Shown piece by piece: positions 48,471-59,405 of a stretch of DNA of 64,000 bases. The notes beneath the pieces were generated by a model. The model was not told where the DNA came from. It made no database searches and was given only the letters and a program-made list of their open reading frames with translations. The DNA is from Gonapodya sp. JEL0774 (taxonomy: Eukaryota), in the NCBI GenBank assembly GCA_027604505.1, contig JADIIX010000013.1, positions 62,001-126,000 of the forward strand, given 5' to 3'. The translations under genes and the position numbers were made by a program. How positions within the stretch are numbered: position 1 is the first letter of the stretch; every line of letters starts with the position of its first letter.

Positions 48471-48948
48471 GGTGTGAGAGGGCGCGGGGGTAAATTTGGA
48501 ACCACAATTGAAATCCTCCCGCAAGTGCGCAAACAACCGTCGAAACCGTCGAAACGGTCGATTTAATTTCCATGAAACTGGCGGAAAGATTCATCTGATG
48601 AATGAAGAACATCAACTTCATGCTGCGCAAACAGGTGTCAAAATGTATGTCCTTGTTTCCTATCCCCTTCTATTAGTTACAGTACGCACCCCCGATCACT
48701 GATTGCCGACTACCAGAATCCACGCATTCAGTTATTTGCACCCCTTCAAAGAACATCAGTCGACCACACCAGACTGCGTGAACCCCGTCGATCCCGGCTT
48801 GGACGCTTCCCAGATTCCCTCTTCATCCACTTCAATCTTAATTCCGACACTCCAATACTACTGGAGCGATAACGGAGATCACAAGCAGGGGCAGTGAACA
48901 CCGTCACGGGCCCACGAGGTGTGCCTTTCCCCCCCTTCACCCTTCACC

Positions 48949-50283
48949 ATGTCCCGGTCTCCCACTCCGCGTCCGCCGACCCCACCCATTCCACAGACTC
49001 CACAAAATCCACAGACCGTGCCACACTCGCAGCATACCACCACAGGGGAACTGGAACGCATCGCCCGTGCGGACATCAGACTCAGACTGCCCGCTGAAAA
49101 CCCTCCAGACACCCGCGTGGACACTTCTACAGTGCAGAAACTCGCGCTACACGACTACTTGCTACTGGGATCTGCGAGAACGCCAATTCAAGACGTGAGT
49201 CAACGTCTCCACCCCACTCCCAGTCACAACTTCACTCACTGTAATCTCACTTACCTTCGTCTCCCCGGCCATACCCAGCTCTCTCCTGAAAACGCCTCTG
49301 TCCTCCTCAACTCTTGCTTCTCCCTCTTGTCTGGAAAACTCGACGTGCCCTCGGTGTACGACCTCGACCCGCTAACCCGGAGCAGATGGCGGGAGGAGCC
49401 ACTCTACGTGGGGGACCGGCTCGGTGTCTACCTCGACATCACTGGCAAGGTGAGGGTTTGATGGTGGAAGGATTGGGCGGGATAAGGGGGTTTGGTGGCT
49501 TGCTGGAAAGTACCGGGGAAGAGTTGGGAGGGGGCGTACTCGGGAGTGGACACTCGGACAAGGTTTCACTATTTGAATCAGAGGAGGAAGTCCTACGTTA
49601 AAAAAAACCGCCAATGACAGACAAACTGTCTTCGGAGAAAATGATGACATTGTCAGTCCTCATCCTCTCCGTTCTCCATTGCCCCGCCCCCCTGCCGAAA
49701 CCACCCCACCCCCCAGCTCCTCTCAACACACCCCCACCTCCTCCCTACCCTCCCCACCCTCCGCCCCCTCGTCCCCCCGTCCATCCTCCCCCTCGTCATC
49801 CTCGCCATGCTCCCGCACACCCCTACCGAACCCCCCTTCCCCCCCGCCGCATCCCACCCGGCCATCATGTACCACCGATGGCGGACCCAGGAGTACCTCG
49901 CTCGGAGACACGCGTGGCGGGTCCACGCACACGCCCACGCCCACGCACAGGCACAAGCGCACCTGGCCTTCACACCACCACCGCCGTTACCGGCCCCATT
50001 CACCGCCCCCGCACCACTCCCCGGCCTCCTCGCCTCAGCCGACCCGGCCGTGCTCGACAGTCTCGCCTTTCTCCGCGCCCTGGTGGCAGACATGGATGAC
50101 TGTGGCGCCACAGAGGACACCGCCGGGCGCGGGGGGCTGGCGTGGGGGAGCGAGGAGAGGGGGGTGTGGGGGTGGGAAGGGGATGAGGGCGTGGGAGATG
50201 CGGGGAGGGCTAGGGCGGGTGTGGGCGGCATGGTCAGTGTGAGGGAGAGGGTGGTTGTGGAGGTGAGGGAGGTAATGAGGTGA
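48949..50283 (+). CDS. Hypothetical multi-exon protein of unknown function
   Basis: ORFs 48919-49461 and 49807-50283 have protein-like composition (RIARADIRLRLP..LALHDYLLLG; PFPPAASHPAIMYHRWRTQEYL) and GT donors at ~49195 and ~49450. No family recognised. Confidence 0.4.
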
Positions 50284-51785
50284 GGGGTGGGGTGGTGGTG
50301 CCGTGGGATGGGCAGGGATAAGCCGGACATGACTGCAGGCACAACTCGTCAACAATAGTGTAAATAATAGCAGGTGATCCGCACTTACGGTACCCAACAA
50401 CCCGCTAGTCAAACCCGTGAACTAAACAACAAACCACCAATAACATATATATAAAAAGATAAATAAAATGTCCACCCTCCAGCCGTCCCACCACCCCCGC
50501 CCCACTTGTGGCCACCCCATTACCAATGTGCACGTCGCACACCGGCTCCACAGCCAACCACACGAATCGACTTATACGTATACGGCATACCGACGGCACT
50601 CGGTGTGGAACTCCCCGCCAGCCCGCCGACCCCCAGCGCAACCCACCTTGCACGGGACGCACCGCTGGCACAGGGACGCGATCCGATACGACGGGGCCCA
50701 CACGCATGCGACGACCGTTGCGAAAGCACCGTTCGGCGCTCGGAAGGGTAGGTGGCTGGCAGGTTGGATCCAGAGTGCAGCGAGATCAGACGGTGGGGAG
50801 GTTTCGACGTGTGTGTGTGGTGTGGGGATTTCTTTTTTTTTTTCCGGCACGAAAGAAGGGGATCGATCGTGGAGTACCAGGGATGTGTGGTGGGTGGATG
50901 GGAGCGAACCGGGGTGTGGGCGAGGCGTCGACGCTGGGGGAACGGGGGCTGGTGGCCAACCCGGCGCATGCAGGGTCTGACGCGGGTTCGGACAACCACC
51001 TTGGTAGAGAACTCGTTACGCATTTCCCCATTGGCTACGTTAACATACAAGGAACATTGGTTGCAGGTCAGATGGATCTCCCAAAAAGCACAATGCATCC
51101 GCATGCGCCACGCAGTTCTGGCTTGTAATAAATATACACGAAAATGAATTTCTGGGGCTTTCTCTCGCGCGACCACGGTGACTAGTACAGTCTATCCATG
51201 CCGACCTCCGACCGGCACACGAGCACTTCAACTCTCTAACATCCATCCAGCTTCACAATCAGCGTACTGTATCACTGTCCATGTCCGTGTCCATTTCACG
51301 GTCAACGTTGTACTTTTCCCCTCTTCCTGCATTTTCCACGTTTATTCCAGCAGCAGTGAGCGAGCTCGCCCCGGTCAATGATTTCTGATTACGGGGGAGC
51401 AGTCAGCGGCCGACTTTATCGCAGTAATTGATGCCACCACAAACTCGGGCAGAATACGTGGATCGTCAATGTTTGTTTAGGGAGTTGGGGAAGGGGTCAC
51501 CAGTAATATATTGTGGCCGGGTCCCCAGTTTGGAATGATCAAACCACAAACACACAACACTCCAGGAGAACGCGACGCACATATTTCCCGCACGGAGGGT
51601 CGGGCGATTCGTCCCACTACGACATTGAAGAAAAGTGATCGTGAATTCATGCGAGGTGACGCCATGGGAATGTATATCCAGCCCCAATATATTCTCGCCA
51701 GCGCCACGCCCGGATATCATTCCCAACTCCTGTTCGGCAACCCAGGAAAAAATTGGTCCTTCTCCTAGGCAAGGACGACATCACC

Positions 51786-54700
51786 ATGGATCGATCGTGG
51801 AGGATCCGCAATATTGCGATCGTCATTGGGGCGATATGGTGCGCGGGGTGGGCCTGCGCGCAAGAGACCACCACCTTGACGACAGCTACGAGCACAACGA
51901 CGACGGCGGTAGGGGGTGAGACGACAACGTGGACGACGTCGACGAGCACCGCAACGTCGACGGGGACGAGGTGAGGGGTGTGTCGCGGGGAGTGCTTAAC
52001 CAAGAGAAGGTGGTGTGGCACCGCGGTCTCAAGAGGTGCGATCGCGTTATATCGGATAGGACGACGACGGCGACACTGACGGCGACAACGACAACGACGA
52101 CGACGAGGACGTCGACGTCGACGAAAACGTCTACGACGACGTGAGTGCAAGGAGGTGCTGCGGCGGGTGCTAGTGCACACCATCTCACTGGTCGCGAACA
52201 CTCGAAAACACAACAAACACACAGCTCTCCTGCCCCTACAGGCGGAGTCACCGCATACTGGTGCACGACTCGAGGCGGTACCGTCAGCAACGGAATTTGC
52301 AACATCAATACAATCTACGGGTCGTCCAGCTTCAACATCGTACCCGACGGCCAGTACATGTGAGTGAAACCGCCGGACATGTCTTTCCACCGTTGCTTTC
52401 ACAGTTCCCACACAAACTCACGACGCTGTCGCTTATCTGCGACTACTACTTCAAGTACCTCGGCAGCCGCCTCTTCTGGAGGTTGGACCATCATCGGGAC
52501 CCGTGCGGTTCGTCTGATATCGTTCACAGGCTCGTGGTTCGAAGCCATGAAGGATGCGTCGCTAACGTACGGGGTACGTATCACGCACATCCCCTCGACG
52601 ATCGGGGGGTTGGGTCGACTGGACTGCGTTCTAGGAAGTTGATGCACGCCAAATCACCTTTAGGGTGAACTCGCATTTCCGAGGAGTGCGAGTGACCAGA
52701 CAGCCATTTGGACCCAGATTGTCCAGGGGGTTATTGTGAACACAGTCATTTGGATGGGGGCTGACGACTTTGTCGCTGTAAGTTACATCACATCGCTTTT
52801 GCCATTTTCACTCAAGTTTGTGACCTTACATGGCCATGATTAAGCCCACAACATTCAGATTCTCAACATCGTATGGCGGAAATGCCGTTGGAAGCTTTAA
52901 TTGGAGATCGGGTGAGCCAAGCAACACCCAATTCAACGAGAGATGCTTCCAAATGTGAGTTGCCAATTTTCTACGTTGAGAATGAGAGGAATTGGCTCCA
53001 TGTAAAAACATTTAACGAAGCTACGCTAACGACGGAACTGGCAACGATGGTGTCTGTGTGGGCCCAGTTGTCAGCTACTATATTGTCGAGAGGAGAATAG
53101 AAGCGTGAGTCACGAGGAGTCTTTTCTGTCGTTATATCTTAACGAAGAACTCCGCGTTACAACATAGTGTCAGCATTCCGGGTGGAGTGACGTCATCCTG
53201 GTGCACAAGCCGTGGTGGGACCGTGTACACCAACGGAGTCTGTAGCATCAATACAATCTATGGCAACGAGATCCCCATTATTGCTGACGGACAACGCATG
53301 TGAGTAACGCTGGTGGATGCTTCACTTCCTACTCAGTGTTTCTCAACGGAATTCCGGAATGCATTCAAGTACTGCCCAAGACGCCGCCACCGGTGGTTGG
53401 ACCCTCGTCAATGGTCGCTTTGTCAAATTAATACAGAAGACGGCCAACTGGTTTCAGGCTATGCAGGATGCGTCAGTGACTTGGGGAGTGAGTACATGCA
53501 ATGTTGAGAGCGAATGCGGGTCCGTCCATGAGGAGTTTATTCGACACTAAATCTTGGCATACTGTAGGGAGAGCTTGCGTTTCCTTCGAGTCAGAGCGAT
53601 CAGACAGATATCTACAACGCTGTTTTAAGTGGTGTCGGCAATGCCGTCAGCGTCTGGATGGGAGCGGACGATTTCGTCACGGTAAGCTAGAATTCTCATG
53701 CACATGCTCTTCACAATTCGCAACTGGATCCTGCGAATCGTCAATACACAACACAGGTTTTCACGTTTTTGGCTTCGACCTCGTATGGAGCCAATGCAAT
53801 CGGAAACTTTGTTTGGTTTACCGACGAGCCTAACAACTATTTGTCACAAGAAAGATGTTTTGCACTGTACGTTTGAGCTTGCCTACTCCTACTCCTGCTG
53901 ACTAAGCACTAATGACTCGGATGTAGATACGGTCCTGGAAACAGCGTATCTGGTTCACCTGGAAAAGGAAATGATGATAACTGTGGGAACTCGCAATTAT
54001 TCTATTACATTGTGGAAAGGAGATTGTTACCGTGAGTGGTTTGAATTGCTACCACTCTACCTTTGTTTCTTCTGACTTCATATGTACCCGCAGGACCACC
54101 ACCACTCTGACGTGAGTAAGAGCAACAATAGATGTGGCTCCATTGTCCACACATCATTGATATCACCTAAACACAGCACTACCACAACAACACTTACAAC
54201 CTCCACGACATCTTTCTCACGAACGACAACCACAACGGCAACCACGACGGAAACTCAAACCACGAGTTCTGAAACGCCAACTACGACCACCAAATCGTCC
54301 ACGACGTCCTACACCGCCAGCACCACCACCGAATCCTCTACAACTTCGTACACTCTCAGCACCACCACCGAATCCTCTACAACTTCGTACACTCTCAGCA
54401 CCACCACCGAATCATCTACAACATCCTACACTCCGAGCACTACGACTTCTGTGACTTTCACACCAAGCACCACAACGTCGTACACCGAAACGTGAGAAGT
54501 TTTGCATGTGCAAAGCTCAAGATTGTAATCTTTGTTTGATCTCTCGAATCATCATTCGATTCAGCACCTCGACCCTGTCGACGACCTCAGAGACGCCCAG
54601 CACCACAACGACGTACACGGCCAGCACCACTTCCGAATCGTCTACGACGTCCTACACTCCGAGCACTACGACTTCTGTGACTTTCACACCAAGCACCACA

Positions 54701-56538
54701 ACGTCGTATACCGAAACGTGAGAAGTTTTGCATGTGCAAAGCTCAAGATTGTAATCTTTGTTTGATCTCTCGAATCATCATTCGATTCAGCACCTCGACC
54801 CTGTCTACGACCTCAGAGACGCCCAGCACCACAACGACGTACACGGCCAGCACCACTTCCGAATCGTCTACGACGTCCTACACTCCGAGCACAACCACCA
54901 CTGTAACTTTCACAGAAAGTACTACGACGTCATATACCGAAACGTGAGAAATTTCGCATGTGCACTACATTTGGGACGGGACGAGATTATTTGAATCTCT
55001 TTTTCATCGCCAGAACAACATTCACTGCAACGATTACACCAAGCAGCACAACATCGTATACCTTAACGTAAGGCAACGTGAAGGGGTCTTGTGACTGTGT
55101 GTATCAGGCATGTCACATTGTGTCTTCTTTCCACCTCCTACCAGATCCACCGAAATAATCATGTGAGCTGTTCTTGTTGGGAAAGCACCGCGATCCAATA
55201 ATCTCACCTATTGGTTGCATGTTGATAGTCCCACGACGTTCGTGGTCGCAACGTCAGCGATTGCTGTGAACGCAACGACTGTCCCCTTGCCGTTAACAAC
55301 ATCAGCCATTTCAACGTGAGGCTGACGCTCGGTAGTATCAGCACCTGAACTGATTCATATATGTGCATTCTTTCTACAGAGTTCCCGTCTCAACTGCCAC
55401 AGTAATGTGAGTTGAGCAGTCTTTTATGATATTGTGAGAACACCACTTCAGGATAAGAACTGCCTGATTTTTTTGTTCCGCGCACTTCAAAGCTCTCCGG
55501 TGGTGAACACGACCATTCCATCTCCGGTTACTGTGAACGCAAACAGCACGATAGCACCGCAAATTCCTGTGACGATAAGGTGAGCCCTCTTTCACACCCG
55601 TAGCCCTTTCGCGGACACAAGACCCCTTACCGTCATAACAGCAACGTTTCAAGCACTGTTGAGCCGCAAATCTTTACCAGTGAGTGTTGTTTCTTGATAA
55701 TTGTGACTCTCTGTGATGAAACTTCCGTGCTATCGTCCCGAATAACTACTTTGATGAAGCAACAACAACAACAACAACAACGACGAATATTTCGACTGCG
55801 ACAGCACTTGCCAGTTCCGGGAACTCAACCTCAACAAGCCCCGCGGTCATTGCTGGAGCGACTGTGGGTGCTATTACCGGAACTGTCTTCTTAGTCGGTG
55901 TTGCCGTGGTGGCGGTCAATGCTGGAGTGTGAGTGTTTTACCCTTCCGAGCTGTATCAAATAGACTACGTCGTCATTAACGTTGTATTCTGCTCCTGTAG
56001 AATTGGCGGCGTCACAACACTTGCCGCCGCTGGGGCGGTTGCGGGCACTGTCGCTGGCACTGCGGGAGCCGGTGCGGGAATCGGCATTGGCGGGGTAGCA
56101 GGAGGAGCAGCAGGAGGAGCAGCAGGAGGAGCAGCAGGAGGAGCAGCGGGTGGTGGCGTTGGTGGTGCAGCGGGAGGTGGTGCTGCAGGAGGGGCCGCAG
56201 CGCAAAGTGCTACCACGGCTGGTGGAGTCGCGGGAGGTGTTCAAGGGGGAGGAACCGCGGCAAACGTTTCGGCATCCGGCCTTACAGGATCCGGTCTCGG
56301 ACCAAATGTTGGACCTACATCGGGGATGGGACTCGGAGCCAATATTTCCAGTGCTGGAATGGGATCTACTGCGGGCACCGCTGCTGGACAAGCCGCTGGT
56401 ATGGCGACGACTGCTGGTGGTAGTGTGGGAAACACTGGATTTAGCATAGGACAATCACTTCTAGGTGTCTGGACAGGAGCACAGGCAGGTGGCGCTTCGA
56501 GTGCGTCAGCGATGGAGGCCGCAAAGTTGTTGGTGTAG
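51786..56538 (+). CDS. Membrane-anchored multi-C-type-lectin-domain protein, copy B (signal peptide, 2 CTLDs, mucin-like stalk with micro-exons, TM, Gly/Ala-rich tail)
   Basis: Signal MDRSWRIRNIAIVIGAIWCAGWACAQ. CTLDs with WRSGEPSNTQFNERC and WFTDEPNNYLSQERC. Thr/Ser exons at 54177-55800. TM-like AVIAGATVGAITGTVFLVGVAVVAV (~55843-55920). Final exon 56001-56538. Confidence 0.8.
54492..54943 (+). repeat. Two tandem 226-bp intron+exon cassettes, preceded by 39-bp in-exon repeats (STTTESSTTSYTx, ~54318-54440)
   Basis: gtgagaagttttgcatgtgcaaagc occurs at 54492 and 54718. A related donor occurs at 54944. Confidence 0.92.
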
Positions 56539-56830
56539 ATTTCGCCCACTAAATTATTTTGAGTACTACAAGTCCGGGAGCTAAGCATATGTTTGCAAAC
56601 AGCACCTTGCACCAAAACGTTTGTCTTTACATGTTTTCGCTAATATACAGTAGGATCTCTTTGCACCTTGCACTGAATGTTGCTTATCAGACACGATCAA
56701 AGTAACCTGAGTGCATTACGGCAATACATACTAGGTAAAAAATCGAAAAACAGAATCCCTCAGCCAATGCAACCACAGTTGACTTTCAACACACCAAGTT
56801 CCAAATTCACTTCCGGACACTCCTGCAAGG

Positions 56831-59405
56831 TCAGCTTCTCCAGCCTCCCGCTTTTCCATCTGTTCTTTCTCTCGCCTCTGCTCGGTCCTCTTGATCTTGC
56901 CCAGATGCAGGCCCCGGCAACAACAAATCAGAAACACCCTCTCCATTTTCATCCGTAATACTCAGTACCGGCACGCCTCGCCCGGGACCTGGCGGAGAGT
57001 CGGCGAGTGCCCCAAAAACTAACATGGAGTTTTGCCGGGAAGGTGCATTTGTGGATAAGGGCGCGGGATCACGAGCACGGGAAGAGGGTATTGATCTGGT
57101 GGAATCAGGCAACGATCCTCCTTGGTCCGGGCCAGATGACGAAGACAACGTGGACGACGCAACAGACCCTGAAAGTGACGCCGCAAAGGATACCGGTGGC
57201 ACAATCACCGCCCCGACAGCACGTCCGGTAGAGGCGTTGGCGGCTCCCACGGACTTGCCAACCACACCTCGGTTCAGCAAGACAGAGTCCGATCCTCCAT
57301 CTCCATGACCCGGTTCACCGTCCACAGAAAACGAAATAAGAGGCATGTGCGCGTGAACGAGGGCTGGATTGGTCGAGACTTTCCGCGGGGGAGGAGCCAC
57401 AGCGTGCGCAGACGCAACGGATCGACCAACCACGCCTTGGGCAATGACCACAGAGTCGGCTCGTGTTGCGGCTGCACGTGCCTCTTTCGGTTGCGCAGAG
57501 TCCATGCGTGGACCGGGACGGTGTGCCGGCAGTGTGGCAGGTACTGTGCGTGGGGCCGGCGCTCCCGCTCCAGCCACCACACCGCCGCTCACCGCTCCCG
57601 TCCCAGACCCAATGACCGTCGACTCCGTCCCTGCCGGACCTGGCAACAGCAACAACGACACCGTATCGCTCGCCGCATCGTCCTCCTGATCACCCAACGA
57701 TCTCGCGACCGATTCCGGCACCCCACGCGTAGCCCGCCGCGCCAGCGCCACGGAGCCCCCGTCACTGCCAGAAACGCTCATGCGGACACTCCCGCCTACC
57801 TGCCCCGAGTCTGTCCCCACCGGTCCGGGCAAGATGAGCCTGGACATGACGCTCTCGTCGCCATCACCATCGTCGCCTTCTTCTTCTCCGTACCCGCCCA
57901 CAACGTACCCGTACTCCCCATAGTTTGGTGCACGATTCCGCGTGCCACCAGCTCCGGATCCGGCGCCGGCGTCAATGTCACGAGTTCCGACACCGATACC
58001 CTCCCCGAGCCCGTCGTCGTCCCCGTCCAAACGGACGGGCCGGGTAGCCCCCGTGCCCATGCCTGCACCCCGTCTTCCACCTTCGGGGACGTTGGCGATC
58101 GAAAACGCCGCGAGGGCGGCGGGGGGTTTCGGATGCCCTCCCTCGTCAAGCAACCGTTCTGAATCGTCGCCGCCGGGTCGTGGTGCGTCGCCAGCGGCCT
58201 TTCGGGCCATGCGGCGGCGAACGAGGATGACGGCAACGATGGACAGCGAGAGGAGGACGGTGGGGAGTCCGATTATGAGGGCGATGACGGGCATGGAGAG
58301 GTTAGTGGACGAAGAGTTTGATGATTGAGCGGAGTTGTTGAGGATGCTGGAGTTGGCGTCCTCGGTGTCGTCTGTGCTGGTGGTACTGATGGCGACAGAG
58401 GTTTTGGAATACGTCGCGGTGGAGGTACGAGAAGGCAGGAAGGACGAGGAACTGGCGGAGAGGGATGGGGACGTTGTCGAGAGTGTCTGGCTCGGCGAAG
58501 AGGAAGAAAAAAAGGTTGGGGCAAGACTGGTGGTCGTTTCAAATCCCTGTGACGTATCGACCACAGTTGTAGTGAACCCTGGGCCCCCCGTGGCGGTGTT
58601 CCCGTTGGCGTCCACTCTCGCCGTGGGTTCGTTTTTCAGGGTGGCATCGTCTCTCGCCTTTGCAGTCGACGCTAGTGGAGATGGTTCAGGTGTGGCGGTG
58701 GGGGTAGCCTCAGCGGAGGTGCTTGGAGCCAAGGCGAGTAGTGATGTGGCGGCGGGGGCTTCGGGGGCAGGTTGAGTGGAGGTCTTGGGGAGGGGAAGGA
58801 CGTCCAGTTAGTGGTGTTCTGTTACTTACGTATCCTTTATCACCAGTAACTGATTTGATACGGATCTTTCAACACAGGTGCAGGTTGAGCAAACCCCACC
58901 CCCCCCCAAACATAGACCAGTTCCCCGTTCGGTCGAAGCACCGTCTGGGTAGGAACAAAAACTCACAGACGGGCTCACACACAAATCCCAAACACCCCCA
59001 TCCGCACGGTTCGGCGCAGGATTGCAGGCTGCGCGATCGACAAAACACCACTTAACAGGTCAGAGGCAGAGACGGTTAGTACGGATGGAATGGTGAGAGC
59101 GAGGGAGGGTGACGCCATGCACAACAAAAGCCACATACCGGCTGAGCATGGAATTGATCAGCAGGCGAGCAAGGGGTGATGCAGGTGCAGCCGTGAATGG
59201 TTTGAGTTGCGGAGACGTGATGTGTACCTCGAAGCAGCAAGGTGACAAGTGCCCCGGTGAGGAGGAGGGAGAAGGAGGACGCGATGGGTGCATCGAAGCG
59301 GCGCCGGGAAAGAGGTTTGCGTGGAGCAGATCGAGTGAATGTGGGAGTCCCTGTCGGTGTTGACTGTCTGCTTGGCACTACTGGCACTACTGTGGGTTCC
59401 AGCAT
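56831..59405 (-). CDS. Single-pass membrane protein: N-terminal hydrophobic segment, small Cys-rich (kringle/FN2-like) domain, Ser/Thr stalk, TM, long disordered tail
   Basis: Spliced 5' exons TIHGCTCITPCSPADQFHAQP|WCFVDRAACNPAPNRADGGVWDLC. The last exon is a 633-aa ORF containing TM MPVIALIIGLPTVLLSLSIVAVILVRRR. Confidence 0.72.

Noticed and set aside
50370..50410. Possible Helitron 3' end (short hairpin then CTAG-T)
   Set aside because: The hairpin has only about 3 paired bases, there is no matching 5' TC end, and no Rep/helicase is visible.
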